This document shows, in pieces, positions 1 to 13,504 of a DNA stretch of 64,000 nucleotides. The position numbers and the translations under genes are program-made. A model generated the notes under the pieces. The model was not told the DNA's origin. It saw nothing but the letters and a program-made list of their open reading frames with translations, and ran no database searches. How positions within the stretch are numbered: the stretch's first letter is position 1; each line of letters starts with the position of its first letter. The stretch lies in contig NIVC01002194.1 in the NCBI GenBank assembly GCA_002269645.1, positions 23,349-87,348 of the forward strand, written 5' to 3'. Origin of the DNA: Macrostomum lignano (Eukaryota).

Positions 1-305
<305 letters not shown>

Positions 306-1910
306 TTATTACTATCTAGTCATGCAAATGATAGAGTTTATCAGTGAAAATGTAATATCAAAATCAAACTAATGAAAGTATAAAACAGACAGCACAAACT
401 ATATTTGCAAATCAAAAACTAGAACTGAGTTTAATATAGAGCTGCTTCATAGACTGAGCCTTTATTCTAAATAGTGGCTAGATATTTATGCCACCAATAA
501 TTTTAGCTTATTTGTAATTAACTATAACCTTGAGGAAACTAACTGTCTTTCACATTCTATGTGGCCATACTTCCCCAGCCTACTTTAACTATTTGAGGTC
601 AATGAACTAAAAATTATATTTTATAAAAAAACTTCTATATAAAAAATTAAAGTCAAAGGGACTGGAACATACATGCACAACTGCTAGCCTACTGGCTGAC
701 CATACCTTTGCAATCTAAATTTTACCTGGCTAGTGTAACATAGTAAAACATATCAATATAAAAATATGAGACACTGATATCTACAAAGCATTTTGAAATA
801 TAGCTTTGCTCTATATCCAATTTTAATCTTTTCTCTTCTCTCTATCCTTTCTATCTTCTCTCTGGCTTCTCTCTCTTGATTTGATCACAAATGTAGGCTT
901 TTCTTTTATTCTTTCTTTTATTCATTCTTAATGTTTTTATTCTATGTGCAACTTACTTATTTAGCCTTGGGTTGATTGGTTGCGCAATGTGCTACTATGA
1001 AAATGCTTAGATCAGCTAGGTTCATTGCATAGATATGGTGGCTCTAACTAGGATAAATTGTGGCAGACTAAGAACAAGTCATAAAATTTATAACCAACAA
1101 TAAAAAAGACAAAAAGCAATGGAATGAAAAAAAATACAAAAAGAAAAAATTGCAAAGAATGATAAGTTATAATAAAATACTAAGACATGTAAGTAGGCCT
1201 AATAAATTCAATGGTTGTGTATATATAGTTTGACATCTTGAATATATTTGGTTGATCATAAAGATTGAAATAAATAAATATTTATATATTTTGTTTTGTA
1301 TTATTTAATTAAAGAAAATAACTTCGAAAATTATTTCTCATTCTTTATCAAGTTATTGTTGCTGAACACAATTTAAGGTAGACTTAGACAGCAGAAATTT
1401 CTATTCTGTTTTTAGCTCAAGTATATACTAATATCATTTGGTCTTTCCAAGATATGAAACATTCTGATTAATAAAACAGCAAAACTTTTATTCTATGCTC
1501 TCTAGCTCTAGTATATAGATGATTTTTTGGTTTTTCCAATATGGAAAACATTCTAATCAATAGAAAAGCAAATTTGTTAAATGACACCTGCTTTAAGAGC
1601 CAAAAGAACAATCAACTTTAGTCTGCTAGGTATCTACACTTTTTGGTGCCTATGTTTTTCAGTGCCTAGCAGTGGTCCCAGCGATGATGTCTATGATTTT
1701 TCGTGCCATGAAAAAAAATTCGCGCCAGAATTCGCGCAGAACAAAAGTAGCAATAAGACAACAAATATTTTTGCCTGCAGGCTTTAAAGTTTAAAGCTTC
1801 AAAAGTTCAAAACATGCCAATGCTATTAGCTTGTATGGTAATGCACTTTCATAGACGTGTATTCTTCACCTCAACATCAGGATGTACGGCGGCGGCGCTC
1901 TATAGCAACC

Positions 1911-2253
1911 AGCCAGCACCATAGCAACGAGGGTTTTCCCTTGGATACGTATCTTTTCTTAAGTGTGCCAGCTGACGCTCTGCGTGTGCCAAATAGACAA
2001 ACGTGTGTGCCACCTTCTGGCAAAAAGTGGCATTGATAGACATTTCTGGGCGCTGAAAGTAGAAGTTTAAAAATTACGAAAAAAAACATTTTTCTTTTCA
2101 TCATTGTGGGATCTCACTTAAACTTCAAGGTGTGAAGGCAGCATCAAAAGGTGGCACAAATGTTTGTCTATGTGGTACTATATAGCGCCAGCTGGCGCAC
2201 TTAAGGAAAGATACGTATCCAAGGGAAAACCCCTCGTTGCTATGGTGCTGGCT
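1911..2253. mobile_element. MITE-like inverted-repeat element nested in the hAT
   Basis: AGCCAGCACCATAGCAACGAGGG...GCCAGCTG at 1911 is the reverse complement of the sequence ending at 2253; imperfect pairing extends about 100 bp. No clear TSD. Confidence 0.75.
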
Positions 2254-2450
2254 TAGTGCTAACTAGAAGTGAATGTACCCTAATATAAAAAGTGAATATT
2301 AGTAAAATAAAAGTGCGCAGTCAGTCAAGTCAGCTAGAGATAAGGAAAATCATAGACGCTTCAGGATTTTGGGAAGCGATTTCACCGATGCATAAGCCTC
2401 CGAACTGGCCATTGCCAGCTTGCATGCCTTTTGCTTTAGCACACTGTCAG

Positions 2451-3131
2451 TCACACACTCTGCCTCCTTCTCTTTGCGCCTCTGGAGTTTGTTGCGATCC
2501 TGTCACAGCATCTCAATTTCTCGTTCTCGTTTCTCAGCTTTTTGAGCATCCAGCAGCAGCTGGTGGGCGACATCCTTCTCCTTAAGTTTAGTCTCAATTT
2601 CTTTGTCCTTCTCCTCCAACTTCTCGTGCAGATTGGAAATGGCCTTACTGGCCTGCTTCTTGGCTTGGACCGAGAAGCAGGCGACTCTGCGAGCTCCTTT
2701 GCACGGCGTGCCTCCTCAAAAGCTGCATCATCCTTCAGTCTTTGACGGTAGCTGGCGTAGGCACTGTTACACATATTGATCAGACTAGAAGTCACTGGCA
2801 GAGTAGCTGCAGTCCATTGTTGAGCTTGAAGGCAGGAACGAGCCACAACCAATGCCCTGACTGTTTCCGGTTTCAAAACTAAGCGTTTCTTTGTGACCGT
2901 GTCACTCAAAGTACTAAAGATGCGCTCAACTTCTGCACTTCCATTAGGAAGGATTAGAAGTGCGCAAACAAGTCGAATCAATAGAGGGCACTTGTCCCCC
3001 ACTTGCTCGGAAAGTCTTTGCCAGAATGTAACAATGTCCAAATCAGCATTGGCTGTGGAATAAATTTCGGTTTGATGCAGTCGAGCCTCTACTTCGAGAG
3101 AACCAATGTCAAAAGAACCACTCAGTTGCAA
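2451..3131 (-). pseudogene. hAT transposase C-terminal dimerisation-domain remnant
   Basis: DIVTFWQ...CPLLIRLVCALLILPNGSAEVERIFSTL...KRLVLKPETVRALV matches the hATC dimerisation motif. No catalytic core between the TIRs. Confidence 0.85.
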
Positions 3132-5629
3132 AAATTTGCGCCAGTCAGTTAGAAAAAATTTGCACCACAGCAGAAAAACTCGCGCATTTGCGCCACTTTA
3201 CTCAAAATTTGCGCCTGGTGTGAATTTGCGCCATCCTGGGACCACTGGTGCCTAGCATTTTGATGCCTCAGCTTACTTTTTAGTGCCTAAATTATAAATT
3301 AGAATTAGACACAAAAATATAAAAAGTGAGCCCTAATTTAGCAGTAATTGCTTTGTTTTTGCAATATTTATTTTAAAAACTAAGGTATTATTCAGTTTAT
3401 TAAGCTGATCTAGTGTGTTAATTAAAAAATAGGTTCATTTCATTTAATTTTTTTCTCTTGATTTGATTTCTCAAGAAATAAAACATGATTTTGTGATTCA
3501 AAAAATCAATATTATTATAATAGACTAGTCATAGAATTTGATAAAAACTACATATAGCATTGTTGATGGATTTTATCTTTACTTCCTAACTAAGTCTTCA
3601 TAGCACGCTTGCTAAGTATACTTTGTATTTGTATATATAGGATATAGCAAATGCATGCAATTAAATTGATTAGATTACTTTTTTATTAGGCCTTATCATT
3701 TTGGCATCATAAACTGAGATACCAAAAAGCAATCTGGGGTACCAAAAAGCATAGGCAAAATGCATGGAAACTGTCTACTAGCATATTAAAAAATTTTCTA
3801 GGTAGAAAAAATGTGAACCCTAGGCCTTACAATTTAGCCATTTGTAAAAATTTCTCTCTTATTTTTTCTTAAAGTTAAGCAACATATGCAAAAAAGCATA
3901 CTAGAAATATACTAGCAATTGTTTTTCTAGCTTTTAAGGTAGGCCTAAGTAGCATCTATCAATTTCATTGTTCTATTAATCAGAATATTTTTTACGTTGG
4001 AAAAATTAAATAGCATCTATATAGGCCTATTAGAACTAGACCACTCTTCCAAAGATGCTGTTTTCTCCACAAAGTTGCGGCGTGCATAAGGGTTTTTGGC
4101 CCTTATGCAATATGCAATAATATATGCAAAGAGACTTTAGATATAGCAATACTTACAAAAAAAATTTGGCATATAACCGCATGCAAAATAGATTCAAAAA
4201 TAAAATAGAGGTTTGGATTTGGCTAGACATGGATATTTAAAATTGGCAATGTCTTAATTGAAAGTTTTTATAATTATAACATTTTTAAAAAATAATTATA
4301 AATTAATATAACATACATATTTTTGTAACTTTGCAATACAATAAAAGACAAAAAAGTAATCTGATCCATGGAAAAGAAAGAATTTAATTTGTTTAAACAG
4401 GCTTCACTGCTTTTACTTAAGCAAAGTCCCCAAAAAATACGAGTGCATTTTTGCTTTCAACTTCTTCTGCTAGTCTTGTGTGTGGCACCCAATGTAGATA
4501 AGGCCCTTCCCATTCCCTTGACATGCAATGTGCAGTGCATATGAGATATCTAAATAATCTTGGTGTGCAGTGCTGCCATTGTGGATTAATGGGTCAGAAA
4601 AAAAATAAAGCAATAAAACTAGGCCAGAACCGGGGCTAAAACTAGACGAGTGAGATTTTTTGAAGTTAGGCCTACACTTTAGGCCTTGGCTTAAGTTAAA
4701 GCACTAACTAATATCTAGATCCATGAAGCGAAGGTGAGTTAAATCATATAATAGTATAGGCCTAGGTGAAACGTAAAAGTGAACTAAACCTGAAATTTAA
4801 ACGCAGGCGGACCAACCCAAATCTAACTTATCACAAGTCAGGCTGCAAGTCTCTAGAAGTCGGCTTATACGAGCATATTGCACAATGACTGAATTAGTTT
4901 CCTAAAATAGAAGGAAGGACCAGGAAAAAACAAAAGCCTGATATCAAAAAATTAGGCTTAGTATTAAAATTAACGGCTGTGAAAAATCACTAAAAAAAGA
5001 ATCAAAATGTCCTAGGGATTTCTCTGACTGGACGCACATAATCATGTCTTTGCTTTAGGTGAGTTTTTGTTCTAACGCTCATTCGGATATAACAGAAAAT
5101 ATACGCTCACGTTGTCTGAATGAGCGGAAAACAACCGGATATATCTCTGTTTCTGCGCATGTACATGAGTAGTACATTTACAGTACAGCTATCCCGATTG
5201 CTTACTTAAGCTACACGTATTACATGTTTAATGTTCAGCTTCAGCTATGTACGCTTCATATGCCTTGAGCATGCTTAGTAAAAATATTTATTTTTATTTA
5301 TTTTAGATGGGATTACGCATATACACTCTTTATTGCGATAATATTTAAACATATAATACATCTACATATAATAGATATACTGTACGCAAAATCAGATTTC
5401 TTCATTCTCTTTAAATTTTCCAAGATTTTAATCAAACCCAGTGGCGCAGCCGGATGCACATGATTCCGTGGCCGGCTCTTTTCCATTTCTATGTATACAC
5501 ACTATACTCATTCTGTTTTTGAATTGTACCATGAATTTGAAAAGCAATTTTAGTGGTACTAAAAGTGCATCATCGGCACTAAGATAATTTTTGGTTTCCA
5601 AACTATAGGGATTTCAATTTGAACACTGG

Positions 5630-6084
5630 AACACTGGCAGAATTCTCGCGACCATATATTTCGCGCTATACTTGTTTTCTGCGCGACTAGATTTTGCGCG
5701 AATTGAAATTGAAGTTACTGATTTCTCTAGACTTATTTCAAGCGACTAGATTTCGCACGACTGGATTGGATTTCGAGCGACTGGATTTGAGTTACATGTA
5801 GAGATCAATTAAGGACAACTAAGCAACGTAGTACGTACTACTTTATTAGTCCTGGTAGAGATATTGGGTTTTTTCATTTAAGAGATTTTAAACCCATATT
5901 TAAGATTTTAGATAGATTTAGATTAGATAGGAGTATTTGCATGTATTTAAATCCAGTCGCGAATTTAGTCGCTTGAATTCCAGATTGTTCAAAATCCAGT
6001 CGCGCTAATGCAGTCGCGCCGCGCTAATGCAGCTGCGTGAATGTCCATTTGCCTGAAATCCAGTCGCGCGAATTCTAGCGTCCC
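5630..6084. mobile_element. Decayed foldback/MITE with CGACTGGATTT subrepeats
   Basis: GCGACT(A/G)GATTT motifs at 5690-5790 are mirrored by AAATCCAGTCGC at 5950-6070. The right end reads GGGACGCTAGAATTCGCG on the minus strand. Left terminus and TSD are degenerate. Confidence 0.55.
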
Positions 6085-6906
6085 AGAATACCCTGTTATA
6101 GTCTAGAACGAGTAACATGTACAACGAGAACAAATGAGAACAGTGTACTACATGAATATTGGTACTTAGCGAGTTCTAGGTTGCGGATGAAGTCGCTTGA
6201 CAGCTTCAAAAAAGTCCAATTAAATTGTGTCATTTATCATTTGCAGAGTCAAATGTAACAAAATTGTGGCACAAGTCAAAGGCTTAGCAATCTATGGCCG
6301 GTTGCTATCGTAAAGAAACGGTAGCTACCGCTACAATTAACTCACGAGTCACAAAGGCATCCATTGTCTGCTCGTCACTTGCACCGAAAGGCAAACGTGC
6401 AGTCATTGTTTATTATGAGATTTGTCAGGTGATTTTCGCTGGAAATCGGTTGTCTAGCCTATCATGGGCGCATTAAGTCTGACGCGACTGACGTAGATGC
6501 ATGATGTCTCCCTGTCAGTTTCGTACGAGCCTGCTTGATGATTCATAATTCGCCTCGAATCAATTCATGTAGTCATTGTTTTGTATTCAAGCCGCCTCTC
6601 AGCTCCTGGTTATCTTGTCGGCGTTTCATTTTTTCTCTGAAAATTTTTCTTGCTGTTTTTTTCACGAATTTCCCTCCGCAGAGCCAACTTCACTTCTGTC
6701 CGATTTCTATCTCAGTCTGTACCTGTGTCTGCGTATCTGGTTTCTGGACTGCAGACAAGGTTCGAACAATTAAGATGGAAGCGAAATAGCTCGCGGGATA
6801 CGTGCGTCTGATTTTTCGTTCTCCGTTATTCGCTTCGCGGATCTTTCCAGAAGATATTCATGTTTGAGCGAAGTACGAGTAAAAAATTTCGTTTGTAAAA
6901 ACTTGG

Positions 6907-7203
6907 AGATGAAGCCTAGTGGTCGGACTCATGACTGAAAGGTCGGGGTTCGATTCTCGACCCACTCGGGACAATATGTGTCCTTGAGCAAGACACTTAA
7001 CGATCTGCATTGCTTCAGTTCAACCAGCTGTAAAATGGGTGCCAGCATTAGCTGGGGTAATTGAGGGTGTGTGTGGCGACCCCCCAGTCCTTGGACTGAA
7101 CAGCCGTACGCAGCCTTCAGATGCGCCGCGCAATAGCTGCGGCTGAGCTGTCGGTTGCACAACTGACCATTAGGGCAGGTGTAATCAATTAGTATTGTTA
7201 TTA
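6907..7203 (+). mobile_element. tRNA-derived SINE with CORE (MIR-like) domain, copy 1
   Basis: A-box-like TAGTGG and B-box GGTTCGATT, then TGTGTCCTTGAGCAAGACACTTAAC...CAGCTGTAAAATGGG resembling the MIR CORE consensus, and a TTA-rich tail. Closely similar to the copy at 25161-25467. Confidence 0.85.
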
Positions 7204-8383
7204 AAGTTAATATGGAGACACTTCCCCCAGATCAATGCTTAGGAAAAATTGCTTCTCTTTAGGAGCCAAAATGACGCTAAAATCTTGCCTGGGGCACTTT
7301 ATTGGGTGATTGGGAACTGCCGCTCATAACACCTGTTGTTTTTTAACAAATAATTCACCCGCAGATCTGAGCCGCTGACTTGCTTGGCGTCCTTGATAGT
7401 CTCTTCGATTCTGGTAGCTAGATCTTGATGTCATCTCTTGAAATAACTATGATGCACTTGAATTGGTCTTTTGGTTGACTCTGCATTGACAATTTGCAAC
7501 TTCATTTGGCTTGTCGCCACCGGCTTTGAATATGTCGCACTTGAACTGAGTTATTTGAACTTGACCGAAAAACCTGTACATTTACAGTATATTCAACATT
7601 GCACGTTGCAGCCAACATTCTAGCTTGAGCAAAAATGCAGTCAATTCGTAAGCCTGACAGTCACATTAAACTATGGGTGTTGTGACTTCTGGTTGGTGAC
7701 CCCCTGATGAAAGTCATGGATACGACACTGCTTGAAGGAACTGCAAGACATTTTACACTAAGAGATATGTCCTTTGTACTGATAATCAGAGCAATCATAT
7801 CTACGAGCATTAGTAGCTGTGGCCAACCTTGGCAACTGCTCAAGATCAAAGGACGTCAATCCAAGCAAAATCGAGCAGCAGACAGTCAATAAAATCGATA
7901 ACTTGTCCGGACTCAATTCGATTGGAAACGCTGCAAAGATGACACTCCTAATGAGATCTATCGTTATCGTTATATCATTGTATATGCTGAAGTGGTAATC
8001 ATCGACAATCTTATATGTAGTTTCGCTGACAAACAAAATTGAATTATAACACTCCAGCTGGCAGATGATCAACAAAGGACAGTGATAAAGCGCATTAAAG
8101 CATTAGCATGGATACAGGACCAATTCATGGATACGAAGACTATGAGGAGTTGGCTTGTACCTGATTTCAGTTGATTTACACTCAGAAGCATGCTGAAGTT
8201 TCCACAACTGATCCCAGTGTCCACAAATGGCAGCTTTAAAACCTCTTCAAGACGGTGAAGATATTTGTCACTCTCCGTTTCAGTCGGATGGGCCGAAATC
8301 GGGCCATAGACACTTTCTTTCTGCTCAAACACTGCATTCCCATTCCAGGCGGAAAGACCACAGAGTGAAAGATTTTATACATA

Positions 8384-9712
8384 CTTCGGCTGTCCGGAAA
8401 GTCGTGAGAATGTGTCAATTAAGTAAGAAAACAGCAAGCTGTTGAGGTGGCACACAGAAATGTTCAATAATAGACTCATATATGTCTATGGTGAAAATCC
8501 TTGTTACTCTAGTAGCAAAATAAGGGGCAGGAGCGAGCTCAGTATAAAGTGCTCAATAGCAAATGCAACGCGGTGATCAAGCTTGAAAATTTTGACTGCG
8601 AGTTCTTCAAAATGGAAGACTTCCAGGGTTATGCCTATGCTAGATACCGTCTTGGAATCTCCACTCTCAGCTGCAATGACGAGCTGCTCAAAGTTTATGG
8701 AGATGCTGCACCAGGTCAGTCAACGGTTTACAGATGGTATTCGAAGTTCCGTGACGAAGAATTTCCCCCGGTCTCAGCTCCTCGGACTGGCCGGCCACGG
8801 TCAACAAGGACAGCGGAACTGATCGAAACCTGCCGAGCTCTTGTTGAAGAGGATCAAAAAGTTAGTGTCCGAGACCTCGCTGACTTTTTGGAAGTTGGAA
8901 AAACAACAGTGCACGAAATTTTGACTGAGGATTTGCACCTTCGAAACGTTTCTGCTGTCTGGGTTCCGCATGCTCTATCCGAGGAGAACAAGACTGCTCG
9001 CATCAATTGTGCCAAGCAAATTCGCAGGCTTTTTTACGAGGGCATGGAAAACTTTTGTGACAAGTACGTGGTGGAGGATGAGACATGGGTGATATACCTG
9101 AACAACACTGGCACAAAGCAAAACAACAGGTGCTGGCTTGGCCAAGGGGATCATCGGCCCCAGGTTGTCAGGCACTCAGTCGGCAATGCAAAGACAATGC
9201 TTCTGGTTGCTTTTACTCCAAACAAGCGCTTCTCCATTGAATTCACAGCCCCAAAGCAAACTGTTGATGCAAATGGCATAGTTGAGTTCATTCGGCACAC
9301 CGGAGACCTATGGCGTACTCTCAGGTCAAGGCCAATTCATCCGACAATTGCGCGACCTCACGTGGCTCGTTCTATGCAGCAGTACATGGAGTCCCGGGAG
9401 TTCAGCTGGTGTTTCAGAGTCCTTACAGCCCAGACTTCAATTTTTGCGACCGTTTTTTGTTCAGTTGGATGAAGACTGATTTCTCCAGGCGAGTGTTCAG
9501 CGACCACAATCAAGTTCGAGAAGCTGCGTTGCAATGGGCAAGAGGCCTTGACTTCGATTGCTTGAAAAGAGAGGTTCAGCGACTCGTTGACCATTTCCAA
9601 GCTGTAATCAACGCAAGGGGAGATTACATTACCAACTAGTACAGTTATCGTGTTTTCTGATAGTTCTGACTGGTTTTTAAATACATTCTCACGACTTTCC
9701 GGACAGACGGAG
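8384..9712 (+). mobile_element. Full-length mariner (Tc1/mariner, DD34D) element, 1329 bp
   Basis: 30-bp TIRs CT(T/C)CG(G/T)CTGTCCGGAAAGTCGTGAGAATGT with 2 mismatches. TA at 8382-8383 and 9713-9714. Transposase inside. Confidence 0.95.
8612..9639 (+). pseudogene. Mariner transposase with frameshifts
   Basis: HTH region, WVPHAL, EDETWV, a scrambled HDNARPH near 9340-9362 and, in another frame, SPYSPDFNFCD. Restoring the frame gives 34 residues between the 2nd and 3rd Asp. One shift is a missing G in CCCGGGAG near 9395. Confidence 0.9.
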
Positions 9713-9810
9713 TAGATGTATGTCTGTGTCCTCTGTGAGTTTAGAACTTTATGTCACAGACGGAAGTGTTTTATATTAATCCGCAACATTCCCAAAGTGT
9801 TCCAAAAGGC

Positions 9811-10590
9811 ATGGCTTCGAGAAGACCTCCACCAAGGCAGGCTTTACTGGCCGCAAAACGCAGACTCGGTCTCGATTCCGACACCGACGAGTCTGAAATC
9901 AACGACAGCGCTGACTCGGACTCCGAGGATGAGGCTGTTATACACGGCTACCCTCATTCTCTCGCGGGCTATTTTATTCCAAATGCACATTGAGCTGATG
10001 TACGTGCAATGTTGGTGTACGTGTAATTGGATGTAACTTTCTCTTGTATCGAACCCTTAGGTTGGCTCTTAAATATATATATATCGCAATCAATGCCCAA
10101 GTCGGGGCCGAAGTCTTACTCAGCAAATTATCTCGGTTTCGCGTCAGTCACTATAGAGGCCAATTTGGAGCAAGAAGAAGACGAAATTGTGGAACAACAG
10201 GAAGCCTGGAACATTGTGTCGGAGCACGACGACGAACGACCGGATCAATGTCTCGAATTTCTGAGAACAACTGGCTGCAATCCATCCTGGAATCTGCCGG
10301 ACCAAGCCGATGATAATGAATCTTTCTTCGTCGAGAAGTTCTTGACAGGTAACATGTTTCAGCGTCTTTCGGACTGGACAAATGCGAGAGCTTGGAAGGA
10401 GTACGTGAATGTGCAGGAAGAGCCGGATGTGCCGCACAGGGTATGTCAGTGGAAGGACTGTAGCCCAAATGAAATTCGGAAGTTTGTGGGCATTGTGCTC
10501 TACATGGGACTAAACAAGAAGCCTGAATTGAACAGTTACTGGTCGAAGGATTTGTTCTACCACATCCCATACCTTCTTCCGACTTTTTAA
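9811..10590 (+). mobile_element. piggyBac transposase 5' remnant
   Basis: Acidic N-terminus MASRR...DSDTDESEINDSADSDSEDE, then FFVEKFLTGNMFQRLSDWTNARA...WKDCSPNEIRKFVGIVLYMGLNKKPELNSYWSKD typical of PGBD N-terminal regions. Stop at ~9993, truncated at a TTAA at ~10590, no catalytic core. Confidence 0.8.
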
Positions 10591-11674
10591 GGCTAATTCA
10601 CTCTTAGCCGTACTCTGCACTCTCTATGCATGCTGCCAGCTAACCGTGTGGACCTTGTGACGCAAATTGGATCACCCAAGTTGAGACGCGAACCGCGGGC
10701 GTAACGTGAATTGCGTCACCTGGGGCTGAGGTCTAAGAAAAGTTGACCAATGGTTTCGGAGTGGAAACTTGTACATGTTGCCGAGTCAACATTACACTAG
10801 CTTACAAACTTAAGCTTTCACAGAATGCTAATAGACACCTCAAAACAGTCGAAAGTGCTAGGCAAGAAGTTTTCATTTTTTTGGAATATAGTGCGTCTTT
10901 TAATGCAATGGTATAAAAACGTGATTATTATTCTTTTTTATGCAATTTCTTTTTTCTCTTGCTATACACCAGTCGCATTTGTGGTGTTGAACCATCATCG
11001 ACTTCGGACAGAATCAGTAGTGGCTGGAAGAGAGAAAGAGAGGTGGAGGTCTTCAAGCTTCAAACATGGGGTTCCGCCTATCGCAACAGCTGGATTGACA
11101 GCACGGCAGGTTTCCTGTATGGGAGAGTTCCCTATTGGTTCAGTGCCAGACTAGCCACTGCCAGTGAATCCACAGGGGCACAAAGAGTAGAAAACCGGTC
11201 GTAGCCGAGCTGTCTCTCTCACAGCTCCGTTGCGTCAAGGAATTTGCCAAAAAAAGCCGAACAGCGGGAGAACCCGACGGAATTATTTTCAATCTGCTCC
11301 AAGTAAGTTAAAGACGGCGGCTCACTTTGTGCGCCATGTTATCTGTCAGAATCTTCGTCTAGTTTTACCCAGCCCAGGATTGCCACGCAGTGATGGAATT
11401 CAATCTCTACTCGAGTTTGAGCAGTCAATGCGTAATCAAATTCTGGGCCAGTAATTGGGTCGATAATGCAAATCACTCTCCCCTCTGGCTGTCCACCTCG
11501 TCTCCAGTGGGACTGATCAGCTGTTGAAAGCCGATCGTAGGAGTTTGTGGGGGGGGCGACTCAGAAACTCAAGCTCGCACCATCCTATTGAATTTCTTTT
11601 TGCATCTGTCGCAACTTTCTTCCCATGTCCGGCATGGTTTCAGAGAGAATCACTTGCTTTACCGCGATAACAGC

Positions 11675-13079
11675 ATGGAGAAGAAGTTGGCGCTGATCAT
11701 GTTCGCGGCCTGCCTGCTGTTGGGCCTCGCGTTTGCCGCACCTGCTGCTAACAGCGACGAATTCGAGGAGCTTCAGTAAGTCAGTGTGATTCTTGCGCGT
11801 TCCCAAATTGATTCGTTTTTTAGATTCAGAAATATTGTATTTTTCAAGACGTCAGTTGACCGGCAGCCAAGGAAGACCTCTGACCACGCGCATGGATACG
11901 CACGCAGGCACACTCTCGCTCTTCCTATTACACACCGGTCTGTGCCTTCTGGGTTGGCCCTCAAGGCTCGTGAATCGCGCGGAAAGTCCCAGACCAATGT
12001 TTTCGTGCTCAAATCCAGGGATCTGTATAGCGCGGTAGTCGCGATGCAGAGTAGAATTGAGTACAAAGCTCCCGAATTGAAAGAGAAACTGTGTATTAGG
12101 ACAATTTTCATTGTATGACATGCTTGTTCGCATGCGTTTCCACCGTTTTCAACTGCTTTGGGGGTTCAGTCAGGTGTCAATACGAGATAAACTCACTGGC
12201 GTATGCCAAGGGAAAAAGTTATTAGTTCGAGAGAACCATCATCGTCGATCGGCTCGCAATCAAAGCTGGTCTGCTGTTTGAATAGGTGGATTGTCTTACC
12301 TGCACTGCAAATACGAGGGACGAGCTTAAGTGTCAGCCAGTCGCCCTGCAGAGCAACCACTTCAGAATTCATTTCCGATCTCTTTTAGAGATTCTGGAGA
12401 ATTCCAACAGTTTTTTTGCCAGTCCTGTTCGGCGTCCCCCACCCCCATGCAGTATTTTCCGTTCAGCTCGGATTGCTTTTTTCAATTTTCTTCTTTTTTT
12501 AATTTGAGCCTTGCGCTTGCCAGAGAGGGAAGCAAGAGGAAGCCCCAACTGTTCAGCACGTTGAGCGACTTGAGGCGCTTGAGAAGAGACGAGAATCGAA
12601 GACAGGATCTCATTAGCTGGACGGCGGCTGAGCCTCTGTAATCCTCCGGGTCACAGGAACCCGAAGGTCCTTCGACATCGATGCACCGCCTTATCGGAAG
12701 CCACGTTAGCAAATTTCATGCCGCATGCTCGCCAATTTTTAAGGCTTCTCCAGGATCAGTTCAGATGAGATAAGGAAAACAAATTTTCTTGGTGATACAA
12801 ATTTTGATAGCGATCGACCAGCCATGCTCCATGGCTTAGACCACAGGTGGTGGGACATAAACCACCTAGCCTATTATACCATCTGGATGTCTATCATGGA
12901 GTGCCAGTAGACTTACTGAAGGATCTGTTAGTTCAATAGAGTGATCCACTGTACTGCGGTCTCTCTGCAGAGCCGTGAAGCGCCTGAGCTCCGATCATCG
13001 CATTGCCGACCTTCTGGCCTCCCTGGGCGGTGCGGGCACCGGCGGTGGCCAGTACGGCATCGACCTCAATGCCAGGTGA
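11675..13079 (+). CDS. Secreted neuropeptide-like precursor; exons 11675-11775 and 12971-13075/13079
   Basis: Exon 1 [33 protein letters not shown]+CA|GTAAGT. Acceptor CTCTCTGCAG|A is phase-compatible and gives [35 protein letters not shown]. Signal peptide, acidic spacer, KR site. The 3' end is unresolved (read-through AGG TGA or donor GTGAGG). Confidence 0.75.
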
Positions 13080-13504
13080 GGCTTTGCAGGACTGCTGCTC
13101 TCTAATATACTCGTAATGTCCTATGCAGGCAAGTTGCTAGCCGAGTAGCTGCTAGTTAAGCAGAGTTGACCACGGTTAGTACGCAGCTGACTGCGTCAAT
13201 CCCTCCCACTGAGGCAGCCATTTAATCAGGCTGTTCTTCCAGTTCACTCTGCTGCTCTGATAGGGCAGCAGCTCCAAGTTGCGGTAGAAATGCAGGGTAG
13301 AAGCAAGGACGGGAGACTTTGGTTCTGAGAAAAGTCATAAGATCCTGGTTTTACCCGAAAAATACAATACGGAGATGGAGCTTTTAAATTTTTCAACACA
13401 AAAATAATAACAGCTGACGAGATTGATTGAAGATCGTGGATGTTGTCTAAAAAAGTATTTAAAAAGAAGTTCCCCATCCTACTTAAGTAGTCCTTAGGTT
13501 GGAG

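Larger units (their letters stand above)
1670..3247 (-). mobile_element. Non-autonomous (internally deleted) hAT DNA transposon, 1578 bp
   Basis: 12-bp perfect TIR CAGTGGTCCCAG (1670-1681 and 3236-3247). 8-bp TSD GTGCCTAG at 1662-1669 and 3248-3255. Subterminal TTTGCGCC-like motifs. Carries the 3' end of a transposase. Confidence 0.93.

Noticed and set aside
4420-4560. GLIYIG on the minus strand, suggesting a GIY-YIG/Penelope fragment
   Set aside because: Short motif followed by a stop with no supporting domain; chance is plausible.
7300-8230. Short overlapping ORFs possibly from a decayed transposase
   Set aside because: No recognisable motif, TIR or TSD.
12520-12641. Possible alternative exon 2 of the neuropeptide gene with several dibasic sites
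   Set aside because: The 12971 exon gives a cleaner prohormone, and the opposite strand here ([22 protein letters not shown]) looks more like a hAT C-terminal remnant; neither reading is strong enough to call.
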